A stretch of DNA of 64,000 bases from Negaprion brevirostris. Lineage: Eukaryota. Both the position numbers and the translations under genes were made by a program. Positions 12,496-25,394 of this stretch are shown piece by piece. Position 1 is the stretch's first letter; each line of letters starts with the position of its first letter. The notes beneath the pieces are model-generated. The model saw only the letters and a list, made by a program, of their open reading frames with translations. It ran no database searches and had not been told where the DNA came from. The stretch lies in contig JARDVH010000073.1 of assembly GCA_030324005.1 (NCBI GenBank), positions 101,076,578 through 101,140,577 of the forward strand, read 5' to 3'.

Positions 12496-14544
12496 AGCAT
12501 TCTGATGCATATATACAGCATTCCCTCCATGTCCAATATATCCCTCAGTGAAGTGAATCTTTCCTTAAATAAGGAGCCTCTTTAAAATGAGTGACTGCCA
12601 CTTTTACCAACAAAATAATGAATGCGCTTCAGAAGTAATCCATTGATAATGACGGTTCAAGGGCATCTTGAGATTGCGATAAGGAGCTTTGGAAATGCAA
12701 AATTTCAACCAGCGAACAGGTGCTGCCTTTTATCTCTGACTTACTAGCTATCATCCTTCTTTCCCTTCCAAGGAGCACTTCAACGCTGCTGAGTGCCTTC
12801 CTACATGGCCCAGCTGAGATTTGTATTTAGGTACAAATCTTTTACTGGGAAGTGGAGGATATGAGGGAGACTTTACAAGGTTTCCATGATATCCATGAGT
12901 CAATTTTAGTGGCGGTGGGGGCAAACAGAAAGATGTTTGACAAATGCACATGGTTCATAAATAAACAACACTAATTTTTGGGACCCCACAACTGGCAGAG
13001 TCGGACTGAAAATAGAGTTGAATGAAACTGAAACTTGACAACTTGGTGTTGTTACTTCAACTAAGGACTATTACTTAATAATAAAGGGTTACATGATGTG
13101 TCTGGTCAAAATGGCAACCACAATGGTTGTACTCAAAATGACCAAATTGGGATATGACCCAGGGTAGGAAGGATAGGAGACACTCAACAAACATTCCTAA
13201 GTAGTAAGTTGTTGCACATTTGCCCTTGTGCAACTTTGTCTTTATAGCCATGTTAAGGCTTCTGCCCTTTTTCTCATGAACCTCCAGTCAACATGCCTCT
13301 GAATTTATCAGGTCAACTATAGATGGAGCAATAAATGCTGGCCCAGCCAGCGACGCCCACATCCTGTAAATGAATGAAGAAAAGACATATGCCTGCTGTA
13401 CCAGAGAATAAAAAAAGACTTGGATTTACATAGCACTTTTCACAACATAAGCATGTCCCAAAGTGTTTTACGTCCAATGAAGTACATTTGAAGTATACTC
13501 ACTGCAGTAATGTAGAGGCAAGTATGGTATAGATTGTCATGAATCAATTTATACTGTTGAACTGTTGGATTTAGATGGAAAAAAACATGTTTTTTAATGA
13601 AACATTAAATATTAATTTACCTGAGTCTCACTGGCATCCAAGGGATAAGTTCCCGATTGTTAATGCAACACTAAACTCTTAAGGTGAGGATAGAATTTAT
13701 AGGAATATAACAACCATCATATAACTAACTTGCACTTACAAGAATGGACCGTATTGCATTACTGAATGGAAACAGGGGTGACAATGCAGACAGTACTGAG
13801 AATTGCTTTGCGAAAGCACGAAATGGCAGGGGATTTTACCTTCTGGCTGCTTGAACTTTCTCCATCTACCCCCCTCTTCTTTCCATGAATCCAAAATTTC
13901 ACAATCCCCTGACTGAAGGCATCAAAGTAGGAAATACTACACATTCTGCTTTTAGCAAAAGACTTCCAATTTTAAAACTGCCATCAAATTACAAGTGTCG
14001 CCAAAATAAGATCACCACGTTTGCAGAACAAACAACTCTGTGGTTCTTTAACCGCTCACTGCTATCATGAGGAATGTGAAGCTGGCATTTCTGTAAGTTA
14101 TTTCAAGTCAAAACAGTCCTTGGTTGCTGACTTCAATGGAACATTATTTTCCTTTCCTCTCTCCCTCTTCAACTTCTTTTAGCCACAATTCTAAGTTTTA
14201 TATTTGTTCTATAATTACAGTTTTTAAAAAGCACAGCAAACTTCTCATTTTTAAAAAGCACAGCAAATTTTACATTAATCTTTCGTACAGTTATGAATTA
14301 TTTTGGAGACTTCAACACTTCAAAGCATTAAGCTACAGCCCATGGGCCAAAATCCATCAATCCAGCATATAAAATACAGGCAATTCATTTCTAAGACATC
14401 AGCTTTGGCTCAGTTGAACAGCTCTCCCTCACCTCAGAATCAAAGGTTGTGAATTCAAGTCCCGCTCCAGGGGCTAAATAAACCTAGGCCAACACTCCCA
14501 GAATCCCAGGGCAGTACTGTCAGAAGTATTGCCTTTCACATCAT

Positions 14545-14701
14545 GATGTGAAGATGCTGGTGTTGAACTGGGATGGACAAGAGGTCACACGACACTAGGT
14601 CCAACAAGTTTATTTGAAATCACAAGCTTTCAGAGCGTCGGTCCTTCATCAGATGAAGTCCTTTAGGATTACCATCTGGTGTTGTGTGACCTTTCACCTT
14701 G
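14545..14701. mobile_element. Short Penelope-derived inverted element with hammerhead motif on -
   Basis: 'gatgtgaagatgctggtgttg..gtccaacaagtttatttg..cacaagctttcagagcgtcggtccttcatcagatga..ctggtgttgtgtgacc'. Confidence 0.75.
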
Positions 14702-14725
14702 TCTTTCAGATGAGACACCAAACAA

Positions 14726-14855
14726 GGGGTGGAATTTTCCCATCCCACTCAATTGTAGTGTGCAGGATAGAAAATTCGGCAGACCACGTAAAGGTCTGTT
14801 GACCTCCAGTGGAAATTTCCAGGCTTGGGGCAAGAGCAGCCGGAAAATCCCATCC
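14726..14855. mobile_element. ~130-bp MITE (GGG-starting TIRs, PIF/Harbinger-like)
   Basis: Ends 'ggggtggaattttcc' and 'ggaaaatcccatcc'. Core 'aaaggtctgttgacc' is shared with copies at 21848 and 41705. Confidence 0.65.
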
Positions 14856-14934
14856 TCAGCCTCATCTTGCCCTCTCAGGTTATTGTTAAAGATCCCATGG
14901 CAGTATTTCAGAGAGGCTGTGGCACAGTGATATT

Positions 14935-15262
14935 GTCACTGGACTAGTAATCCAGAGATCCAGGGTAGTGCCCTGGGGACCCAGGTTCAAATCCCACCAT
15001 GGCAGACGTAAGAATTGAATTCAATAAAAATCTGGAATTAAGAAGTCTACTGATGACCATGAAACCACTGTCAATTGTCTTAAAAACCCATCTGGTTCAC
15101 TAATGTCCTTTAGGGAAAGAAATCTGTCATCCTTACCTGGTCTAGACTACATGTGATGCCAGACTCACAGCAATGTGGTTCACTCTTAAATACCCTCAGG
15201 GATGGGCAATAAATGCAGGCCCAGCCAGTGACACCCATGCCTCATGAATGAAGTAAAAAAAT
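14935..15262 (+). mobile_element. tRNA-derived SINE with CR1-family tail (full length)
   Basis: 'tggcacagtgatattgtcactggactagtaatccagag..ggttcaaatcccaccatggcag..cccatctggttcactaatgtcctttaggg..gggcaataaatgcaggcccagccag'. Confidence 0.85.
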
Positions 15263-15619
15263 TAAAAATTGAAAAAAAATGTCCTGGCCAACATTTATTC
15301 CCCCAAACAACATCATTAAAATTGGGGAAATAGAAAATTTCCTACGTTAAGACAGTGACTATGGTTTCATAGTATATAAAAACAGAAAATGCTGGAAAAA
15401 CTCAAAGTCTGGCAGCATCTATGGAAAGAGAAACAGACTTCTTCAGAGCTGGCTTAATAGTACTTCAGTGGCCAGAGAGCACTTTGGAATAGTCAGATGC
15501 TGTGAAAGTCAAAACATAAATGCAAATCTTTCCTTTCTTATTTCTATTTGTATTTATTTACTAGCTCATCCTACTTGAATTCTGTAGATCTGGAGGTTAG
15601 GGAAAGAGGCTGAAGCTAA

Positions 15620-15890
15620 GGTGGCACAATGGTTATCACTGCTGCCTCATAGCACCAGGGACCCGGGTTTGATTCCTGGCTTGGGTCACTGTCTGTGAGG
15701 TGTTTGCATGTTCTCCCTGTGTCTGCATGGGTTTCCTCTGGGTGTATTGGCTTCCTCCCACAGTCTGAAAGACATGCTGGTTAGGTGCATTGACCCGAAC
15801 AAGCGCCGGAGTGTGGCGACTAGGGGATTTTCAAAGTAACTTTACTGCACTATTAATGTAAAACTTACTTATGACTAATAAATAAACTTT
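15620..15890 (+). mobile_element. HE1-like V-SINE, full length, alternative tail
   Basis: A box 'gtggcacaatggttatcactgctgcctc', B box 'gggtttgattcc', V domain, tail 'gactaggggattttc..atgactaataaataaac'. Confidence 0.9.
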
Positions 15891-17619
15891 AATACTGCTG
15901 TCTCATTAAAAGATAAATCCCAAATTTGAACATCAATATCTGTGAGCATCCACAGTTTTCAATAGATAAGTTAATGCAAGTATAGATTTATACTTTCCAT
16001 ACAGTTCCCATGACCTGCACTTTGACAATACACAAACACTAAGAAACATACCACACCACCAAAAAGACCAGTGTTGCCCTCCTGAGCATTCGATACCTCT
16101 AGGAATTAGGCAATTCCACCACCATTCACTCCAGTATCAATTTTTTAGCCAGGTACTTATCAGACTGTTTTTTGAATTTCTTGATGCAACAGGGCTCCAC
16201 TGTCTCTCTTGGCAACTCAATCCATACATTCACCACATTCTCTTTCTTTTCACCCACTGTCTTTGTAGTTTAAGGGATGCCCTTTTGATATAAAATCTTT
16301 GTCTTGTTGAACATAGGCAAGAAGCTTAGGGTTGCTTTTAAAGTTTGGACATAACATGACAGAGATTATTAGGGCTGGAAAGCATTTATTAACTAAGGAC
16401 AAGGCAAGGTTGCTTCCATCTCCAGCAATATGGAAAAATCAACATCTCATCAGCTTGCAAAGTAGTGTCAATCTCTCTTACTCATTCACTTTCAACCCTC
16501 CACCTCTCCATCTTCTTGCTGCATCCAAAGCTCATCCTGATCTCTTGTAGCTCTTTCCTATCCCTTTGTTTACTCCTTCTGTCTAAAAGGGGTGTGATGC
16601 TCATTTTTTTAAAGATTTTAGGATGAAAGGCAGTTTCATGTCTCTGCTGTGTGAAAAGCTGCAGATTTAGGAACATAAATGCTCACTCAGCAAATAGCCA
16701 GGGCCAACTGTTGCACAGTTCTGGTGAACTGAAAAGGCATGGCAGCTTGCCAAGTTGTAAGTGTCAGCCATGTGCCTGTGTGTGTTTATCCCTTCATAGC
16801 CCAATCCTCCATTGTTTGAACGTCTGCAACTTCCCAGCACTGCCAGATGTACAGCCACACGTAAGTCAGACTCACCCATGCTTACCGAGGCAGGAGGGAA
16901 AAATGGTAAAGCAGAGAAAAGAAGCGTGCTGCAACAACAGACTTGGAAAAATGAGCAATTGTAGAAAGTTCTACTCTTCAATAATTATACCTGGCTGATC
17001 ATCACCTCCGCACAAGACAAGCTTCTACCCGCATGAGGGGTGTGTCTGACTTACTGGTCGTTAGGAACCATGATTATAATCAACTGAGAAGTCCAAAGAG
17101 GCCCTATTTATCAAACAGTAGCAGTTTTCAATGCTAGCTTTTGTGGGATGAAGGTTTTTCAAAAACATTAGGAATGCATTCCAGGTTTGTCAAACAGAAA
17201 TTCCAGTGGGTAGAGATCCAAACTACATTTGCTGAGCAAATGATTTGTCATTTGCTTTTCTGCCATCAGTTACACTGTGCATACTGCTTATCTGATTGCT
17301 ATTCAGTGCGATATATTAGCAGGAAAGCCTGCATCAACAGCATCCCAAAACTAAAAAAAAATCACTATTGTTACATAACAAGTTTAAAATATTTTGACAC
17401 AGCTTATCCAGGTTCAGTGTGCCATGCTGCGCAGCAATTTGGCAAGTGCATAAGCTTTGCTAGCACATGGTATCTGCGGCAAAAGAGAAATAAAACATAA
17501 ATATTTTTGACATCAACTCTGGGGAGGAGTTAAGAATTCAGTAGGGTGCAAAATGGTGATTAAAATGCACTTACACTACTAGCTTAGTCTTGCCCTGAAA
17601 GTTGACTTCTGAGAACACA

Positions 17620-18000
17620 AAGCTCTGCCTCACCATCACATTAGCTCAACCCCTTCACGACCTCTGATTTGTCAGGCTGCTTCTCGATGAGTCGAACTTT
17701 CCTCCAAAAAACTGAGGACATTGTCTACTTTGTGTTCCTTTGTGCAACTATCTGAGGCTGAACGAGGCTGTTTGAAGCCTTCATTATCATACTTGATTCC
17801 AAAAAGAGCTTAAACCATACATCTGCTTGATTACCAAGATTGCTTATTTCCACCTCCTTAACATTGCCCAGATCTTCCCCACTTCTGTTTATCTGCCCAA
17901 ACACTAATCTGCGTTTTTATTACCACTAGATTTGTCTATTCAATGTCCTCTGGCATAACTCTACCTGAACCTGAGCTCTGCTATTCATAGCCTAACAGAA
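17620..18000 (+). mobile_element. Old L2 RT C-terminal fragment
   Basis: 'attgcttatttccacctccttaacattgcccag..ttattaccactagatttgtctattcaat', similar to the L2 'TAYFHLRNIA..FITSRLDYSN' motif. Confidence 0.65.
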
Positions 18001-18374
18001 TTAAAACATATTATGGGTGACTTCAGATGCTAATTAACATTAATAAGCAAATAATTAACGAATACTGCCACATAATTTGAATCATAACCAGAAAGCCATT
18101 CACCACAGATAAGAAGTCCTTGGATTCTGTTTACTTCTGACAGACTTGGGAGTCAGCTAGCTAGACAAATATATTTTCCAAACGTGGGCAGCGTAGTCCT
18201 CAAGGTCCTTAACTCTATAATAATTAAGAATAACCTATATTTCATCAAGCCTTAATGGAAGCTTGTATTTACCTCAGCTGACATCTCGATTAAACACACA
18301 CCATGGCAGGAAGAGAAGTTAATCAGCCATCTTTGAACACACAGATTGAATTCTGGCTATCTAGAATTAAAGCT

Positions 18375-18662
18375 TAAAGTTTATTTATTAGTGTCACTAC
18401 TGGGCTTAAATTAACACTGCAATTAAGTCACTGTGAAAATCCCCTAGTTGCCATACCTTGGCGTCTATTCAGGTACACTGAGGGAGAATCTAGCATGGCC
18501 AATGCACCTAACCTGCACATCTTTCGGACTGTGGGAGGAACCAGAGCACCCAGAAAAAACCCATGCAGACATGAGGAGAACACACAGACCCCACGCAGAC
18601 AGTGACCCAAGCTTGGAATCGAACCCAGGTCCTTGGCGCTGTGAGGCAGCAGGGCTAACCAC
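18375..18662 (-). mobile_element. HE1-like V-SINE, alternative tail
   Basis: Reverse copy of the 15620 element family: 'tttatttattagtgtcac..gaatcgaacccaggtccttggcgctgtgaggcagcag'. Confidence 0.9.
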
Positions 18663-18689
18663 CTATGTTTTGAGGCAAAGTCACTTGAC

Positions 18690-20870
18690 TAACTAACATG
18701 GAACAGATATATGGATTATTTTCAGGTTGGCAAACTGTAACTAGTGGAGTGTCACAGGGATCAGTGCTGGGGCACTAACTATTTATGATCTATAGTAAAG
18801 ACTTAGTTAAAACAATAGATTATGTTGTGGGCAAATTTGCTAATTATGCAAAAGTAGGTAAGAGAGGAAAAAGAATTGAGGAAGGTGGAATGTATCATAC
18901 GTTTGTGGACCTTTAGAAATAGTAGATAGAGTCCAAATCCACACATCCTGCCGCCTGTTTCCAACAGATCCAATTTTCACCAGTAAGAGGAAGTAGGCAG
19001 GATATGGTTCATATATAAAAGAAACCTGAACTCAAACAGGGCCAGTGTCAGGCAAAGTTTAAAAAATAACTCAAATTGTGAAGCTGTATAAGTGTCCACC
19101 AAATTAAACAAAAACCTTCCTATGTCACTGAGAGTTGAAATAAAATGTTCTGGTAGTTTAAAAAGCTGTTTGTGGACATTAAGCCAGGGACTATAATTAT
19201 ATCATTAATAGTGCTTGATTAATTCCACAATCTATAATTATCCTAGCAGGTGAGTTGTAAGTTCACAGTTTGACTGAATCTCAAAAGATGTTATGAAAGG
19301 ATTGTCAGGCTTTGATGTGGGGTAATCAATACAAGCCTGCTCTTACAAGAGATTAAGTACTTGAGGTGTTTTTTAAAGTTTTGACTGGACTCTCATGAAT
19401 GAGACTTTTTTTTATAACAGTAAATGTTATATTTAGACCTTTATTTCATCTCAACTTGGCCCATGGTGCATACTAGTTGAGTTGGCACAGATGGTACAAG
19501 GCGAGAGGATGTTGGGTTGAGGCGCATGATTAGACGGATTTGCATTAAAATGGCACGAGGCTATTATGGGTCATGGAGGTAGGTGACAGCATGAGTTGGC
19601 ATAGATTAGCACAGATGGGGCATTGGGAGTGGTTGGAGTTGATGAGTGGAGTGAAGATTGAGGGCAAGAGAGCCTAACATTTAACAAAGAGATTCAAGGT
19701 GGGATTTATAAAAGATCTGGTTTGGCACTAAGCAGCCCCTTTGATCTGAATCCAGGGCTGGCAGGTCTCACTCTATCTCATAGGTGCTCTCTCCCTGAGG
19801 AATGAGAACTGGGTCTGATTGAACCTTTTTTCCCAAGGTGGCTGTGGCAAGCTGGGGAATTTCCAAACACTGGCTATCCACCTCAGGCACAAAAATCAGG
19901 CCCTACAATTATGCAACGGATATTAGACAGGTTAAGTGGGTGAACAGAAATTTGGTAGCCATGATGTGGAGATGCTGTTGTTGGACTGGGGTGGACAAGG
20001 TCAGAAGTCTCACAACATCAGGTTAAAGTCCAACAGGTTTATTTGGAATCACGAGCTTTCGGAGTGCTCCAAAAGCTCGTGAGACAAAATAAAAAAATTG
20101 GTAGATGGCGTAAAATGAGGGAAAATGTGATGTTGTCCAGTTTAACAGTTGGATAGAAAAACAGAACTGGAGCAAAACTGCAAAATCCTGCTGTAAAGGG
20201 GTTTGGGTGTCCCTATACATATCACAATAGATTAGGATGCAGGTACAAGTAATTAGGAGGACAAATAGAATGTTGTGCAAGGGGCTTGTAGTATAAAAAT
20301 TGGAAAGTCTTGCTACAACTGTACAGCACATTAGTGAGACTACGCCTAGAGCAGTGTGTACTGTTTTGGTCTCCTTACTTAAGGATGGGTATACATGCAT
20401 CGTAAGCAGTTTAGAGAACGTTCACTTGGCCAATTCCTGGAATGAAGGGGTGATCATATGAGGAATGCTGCACTTATATTCATTGGAGTTTCGAGGAATG
20501 AAAAGTGAACTTATTAAACCATATAAGATTCTGAGGGTGCTTGACAGGGTAGATGCCGTGAGGATTTTTCTTCTTACAAGGAAATCTGGAACTAGGGACA
20601 TAGTTTATTTGGGAAGGAAGGAGGAATTTCTTCTGTGAGGGTTATTAATGTTTGGAATTCTGTTCCCCAGAGAGCAGTGAAAGTTGGGTCACTGAGTATA
20701 TTGAAGGCTGAGCTCAACAGATCTTTGATGTACAAGGGGAGTCGAGGATTATGGGGGAAGGGGTAGGGGTGGGAGTTAAGCCGCAATCAAATAAGGCATG
20801 ATCTTACTGAATGGCAGAGCAGGATTGATGGGCTGAATGGCCTACACCTGCTCCTGATCTTATGTCTGGC
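18690..20870 (+). mobile_element. CR1 LINE RT/3' part interrupted by a ~1 kb unknown (DNA-transposon-like) insert and a Penelope fragment
   Basis: 'ggagtgtcacagggatcagtgctggggc' (GVPQGSVLG) at about 18745. RT resumes at about 19905 and 20095; tail 'gggctgaatggcctacacctgctcctg'. The insert ends in 'aaaatcaggccc'. Confidence 0.75.
19960..20085. mobile_element. Penelope-derived short element ending in a fused hammerhead palindrome
   Basis: 'gatgtggagatgctgttgttggactggggt..gtccaacaggtttatttggaatcacgagctttcggagtgctccaaaagctcgtga', flanked by near-duplicated 'aaat(t)tggtag'. Confidence 0.75.
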
Positions 20871-21439
20871 TATGCTCAACTACACAAAAGGTGCTATATA
20901 AGAAACGAGACAGGGTCACAGCACAGTCAGACCTGGCCTAATAAGCGGCCATTCTGAATCACTCCAGCTGACTCACTGTGGGAGTGGATGAAAAAGACTG
21001 CAGATGTCCACCTTTGGTATAATTCCTATTGAAAATGTTGGAGGGCGTGAAAATGCTATGTCTCCCGTCATTTCTTTTTTAGAATACCATGACATGTGAT
21101 TTATTTTTAGCTATTCTTCGGGCAATTTTCAGCTGATTAGTGTCAGTAGTAATCATATTGTTAGTACTGTCTCACTGTGTGATATTCTTTTTCAGGCATA
21201 GCTGCAAAAAAATAGCAGATTTGTACAAAGATGGGGAGAAAATTTAAAATTCCTTTAAATTTACAATTCGGATATTGTGCCTATCAGTGGAATGTTTCAA
21301 GGCTTCCTCAATAAATAAAATTTACATAATTGAAATCATGTCTCATTAGTTGATCACTAGCATCTCTCTTATGGGAAAAAGGTTAGTACGGGAATAGAAA
21401 TTTGTATCCGTAGCCTTCTATTGGTCGAAAAAGTTGAAA

Positions 21440-21745
21440 AATATACCCACTGCCCACTGCCACATTCCTATACACTGTACCTTTGTTCTGCCGTTTACAC
21501 ATTCTGATCTCTTAATGGACACTCTTAGCACCGTACTCAACCTTCATCATCACCATTTGTATTTTTGTCCAGGCCATTCCTATCAATTAAAGCCCCACCT
21601 CCCCCCTCCTCCTTATTAGCATAAATATTATCTGATTTTCCTTGTCCTCAGCTCTGACAAAAAATCGTCCTGACTCAAAACTATTCTCTCTCCTCAGATG
21701 CTATCAGATCTGTTTTGATTTTCCAGCATTTTCAGTTTTTGTGTG
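21440..21745 (+). mobile_element. Penelope/Neptune-like 3' remnant (second family)
   Basis: 'cagctctgacaaaaaatcgtcctgactcaaaac..cagatgct..ttccagcattttcagtttt', a degenerate HHR followed by the typical tail. Confidence 0.6.
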
Positions 21746-21847
21746 AAGCAATAGGACAGCCATTGGTGTTAGTCCCACTGCTAAATTAGTGGTGCTCATA
21801 CTTCAGGCAACCCAGACTGATACTGAAATCAGATGTTCTAACCTATT

Positions 21848-21972
21848 GGGCAGAATTTTCCTGTCCTGCCTGCCATGGGAATCCCAATGGGCAGGACACA
21901 GGCCGTGCAAAGGTCTGTTGATCAGGTGGGATTTACCTGTCGTGGGGTAAGCAAGGCTAGCAAATCCCCCCC
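21848..21972. mobile_element. MITE copy 2
   Basis: 'gggcagaattttcc..ccgtgcaaaggtctgttgatc..gcaaatccccccc'. Confidence 0.6.
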
Positions 21973-22120
21973 TTGGGTATACAAAAATCAGGGCCTAATA
22001 CCTGTGAGGATCTGCTCTACTTGGTATTGCTCAGGCAGACATTCAAAACAAGATAAGTCACGCAAATATATATTCCTTGAAAAGAAACTATTCCTGGTAA
22101 ACCCAAAGGGGAAATCTTAC

Positions 22121-22262
22121 TTTTTTCTGGCTCTGCAGCAGTCTCAAAGACTATTAGCAGGCCCCCATTCTGATAGCCTCCGACCATCCCTGCCCCACTG
22201 GACTTCCCTGAGGCCTGCTGTTGGCATTGCAGCAGACCGACATTCGCCTCCTGTTCCTCCAC
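22121..22262 (-). other. Candidate cryptic/alternative exon, 142 nt
   Basis: Acceptor 'ccttgctgtgtgtccccag|gtgg' and donor 'gaaaaaa|gtaaga'; GC-rich. Could equally be an old repeat fragment. Confidence 0.15.
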
Positions 22263-22498
22263 CTGGGGACACACAGCAAGGACTCGCAGCTCAGCAGCTT
22301 CATTTAAGTGAAGCCTGAGGCCCAGTTTCAATCAGCCTGCCAGTTCCAGTGCAGGAATCGTCCCCTCTGTTAGTTCACGCTGGCTGGCTGGCACTGTGCA
22401 ATATTCGCCTCCATTTGCCTTATATCACAGTTGTAATTATTGGATTTTGCATTTACCTTAATTGATTCAGCAATAAAAGTTAGCCCCCAATCTTAAGT

Positions 22499-22905
22499 GT
22501 CAGCCTTGGAACTGCGATAACACTTTCACCTCTGTGACAGAGGTTATGGATTCAAGCCTTACTACCAGAGGCCTGAGCAAACATTTCAGCCTGATGCTGA
22601 GAGAGTTCTGAATCTTTGGGACTTGCAGTCAAATTCATCATTAAACCACTGGCCTCACTGCTGGGCATGAATGAGCAGACAGCAGTATTCAAAGAGTAAC
22701 AGGAGAGTTCTCCCAGCATCTTGACAAGCATTTACCCCTTGACCAGAAGTACCACAAAAAAACATTACATTTCGTCTGCCTTATTGCTCTTTCAGTGACC
22801 TTGCTGTGCGTTGACTACCGCATTTTGTTCAGAGGATCAGTTGGCTGTGGAGTACATTTTGATGTTGCGAGAGATTAAAATGTGCTATGTAAATGCAAGT
22901 TATTG
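22499..22905 (+). mobile_element. Old DeuSINE copy
   Basis: Head 'cagccttgg..gaggttatggattcaagcc', 'gagagttctcccagcatcttgacaagcattta', tail 'gctatgtaaatgcaagtt'. Confidence 0.6.
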
Positions 22906-23623
22906 TTTTTTCCTGACGCGCATTAGCGATACGCATTTTTAAAGCAAAACAGGCAGCGTTATGTAACAGGGAGATACAAAACTAGTTTCATATTTGGTGC
23001 CCTGATCATGTAGTATTGTGCCTGCTGGTGCTAATTACTGACAATGATTAGTTCTGACTGCATCAGTACAAATGAATGACGCAGTGTATATTAATAACCA
23101 GTTGCTATGAACACATTGTTAAGTAACCCTGAGCTATGAGCTTGGTGCAGCTCTTAAAATGGGGACACCTCTGCTCCATCTGCTTAGAAAGGATGACGTG
23201 CACAGCTACNNNNNNNNNNNNNNNNNNNNNNNNNNNNNNNNNNNNNNNNNNNNNNNNNNNNNNNNNNNNNNNNNNNNNNNNNNNNNNNNNNNNNNNNNNN
23301 NNNNNNNNNCTTCACACAACTTACTCCCATCACTACTTCATTTCCTGGAGGAAAGGGATTCAGGAAAAATGAGGAGGAAGATAGCCTTCTGCATGGAGGT
23401 CAAGTTACACCAGCGGTACAGAGTCAGCGCACAGCACAAACCACAATTATAGCTGTAAAGTCAATCCACCCTCATAGCAATGAGGAGAGTGACCAAATTA
23501 GCAAATATTATCTGTGAACAAGGGGTGGAGGAAAGGGAATGAAAACAAAGATATTTGAATAGTTTCACCTACTATCTCCAGTGTAAAAGAGAATGCTGTC
23601 AGCCTGTGAAGAAGGAACACATC

Positions 23624-24879
23624 CCCAAATGCAGATCCATTTCATGCTTCTCTCCAAGATTACCACCTCTCTTGTTCTTAATGCACACATATTTGGCAGA
23701 GATTTAGAGCCCGATTTCCCCAGAATGGCATATGTCTACAGCAAGCATGATGTTTTCAGCAAGGAAACACTACCTGCTGTGGCCCGTGCTCACTTTCACC
23801 ATCTGCTAATATGTTCTCTGTCCTCAGAGACTTCACCACACAGCCCAGGGCTGGTTAAATTAATAATGAAGAAAAAGGCTTGGGTGTATGGGTGAAGGGA
23901 TTAATATCAGTGTCGATTTGAGCTTCAAGTAAAGTTGTAATCCTGCAAACAGGCAATGGCTGGTTCCAAATTTTAACTCTCCTCCCTCACTATTAGAAAT
24001 AAATAGTCTCAGCTATACAAAAAAAAGGATTTAATCTTCCAATGACTTTAGCATGAGCAGTGCCGGAAACCTTTACAAAGTTCTGAGTATATCAGGGCTT
24101 TGAATGGTCTCTAAGCGCTGTGTATTGATTTTGTGATAATCTAATACAAAGTAATGGATACCTTGGAGTGACTGCAAGGCAGTAATCCAAACCAAAGCGT
24201 TCAAGTGATATCAAAGCGCAAATGGCTTTCAGCAGTCACTCTAATATTGGTCTCTTTCATGTTCCACTATACAACTAAAACTGACATCGGGGCATATGAT
24301 CATGGAGCCATGGAACTCTTACCTTGGCATTTTTTAAAAATGTTGGCAGTTACTGATTTAGATTGCAGTCCAAAGAAAGCCAACTACCTCATTATTCTTC
24401 AATTATCTACCCTATTTTGAAGTATTTATAGATTTCCATGTCACATATGTATACTTTTTCAATCCAATAATCCACCAGAAATAGCTCTGCCATCAAGAAC
24501 ATTCTTAGAAACAAACTGTTAGTGTAAACTGTTTCCCCTACTAACAACAATAGTTAACCATCTATTTTTGGTCTCATTATGCCTCTATGAAGCACCCTGA
24601 GATATTTTTCTATGTTGAAGGTGCAGTTACTAAAAATGCAGTTTCTACATCTAATCATTGGAAATTTTGCTTCCCAAATGTAGACCCATTTCAGAATTCT
24701 GTCCAAGCGTACAACCTCCTTTTTCTTAATACGCACATATTTGGCAGACATTTAGCCCTTATTCCCCCAGAGTGGCATATGTCTACAACAAGCAGGATGC
24801 TCTCAGCAAGGTAACAGCACCTGCCGTGGCCTGTGCGCACTTCCACCATCTGGTAATACATCCTCCGTCCTCTGAGACT
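23624..24879 (+). repeat. Dispersed direct duplication of ~208 bp (23624-23832 and 24673-24879)
   Basis: Both copies read 'cccaaatg.aga.ccatttca..cacatatttggcaga..tggcatatgtctaca.caagca.gatg..tcagcaagg..cacca tctg..gagact'. Confidence 0.9.
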
Positions 24880-25394
24880 GAGATATGTTGCAGCCCACTA
24901 CTGCTCCATCTTGCAGTAGTACATTCTGCATGCATTCTGCCAGGCCCCTCATAATATTGAAAACCTCCATCAAATCTCCTCTCATCTTTCTCAAGAACAA
25001 CCCCAGCTCCTCCAATCTATCCACACAACTTGAAGTCCCTCATCCCTGGAATCATTCTGGTAAATCTTTTCTGCACCCGTTCGAATGCCATCAGATCCTT
25101 CCTAAAGTGTACTGTCCACAAGTGGACACAATAAATATTTGGATTTTCCTAAATAGGACTCTATCCTGAAATGAGAGAGAGAAGAAAAACACTGATTTGC
25201 CTGGTCCCACACTAGGCGTGGTGACCAATTGCACTGAAAACAGTTGTAATTGAATGGAAACATTTTTAGCTTACACTCCAAGCAACAGTCATCCAGTCAT
25301 TAGAAAACACCACAATCCTTCCTGCCTGATCTTCATATTAAATCCAGTACACAAACACATAACAAGCTGGTCGTGCTAAACATTGGAAGAACTG

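Larger units (their letters stand above)
14401..15540 (+). mobile_element. DeuSINE (SacSINE1-like) split by four nested insertions
   Basis: Head at 14401-14535; Deu segments resume at about 14702, 14856 and 15280; L2-type tail at 15452-15540. See findings. Confidence 0.7.

Noticed and set aside
13839-13912. Possible short minus-strand exon (cag|gggatt...cagaag|gtaaaa)
   Set aside because: Weak polypyrimidine tract and no recognisable translation.
14221-14270. 27-bp tandem duplication (also a 21-bp duplication at ~43118-43165)
   Set aside because: Ordinary slippage duplications with no sign of function.
15620-15680. tRNA-like A/B boxes here and at other SINE heads
   Set aside because: SINE promoters, not tRNA genes; no cloverleaf.
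16490-16582. Possible purine-rich minus-strand exon
   Set aside because: Stops in all frames and only marginal splice signals.
21875-22318. 147-aa plus-strand ORF
   Set aside because: Starts inside a MITE; low-complexity translation with no homology.
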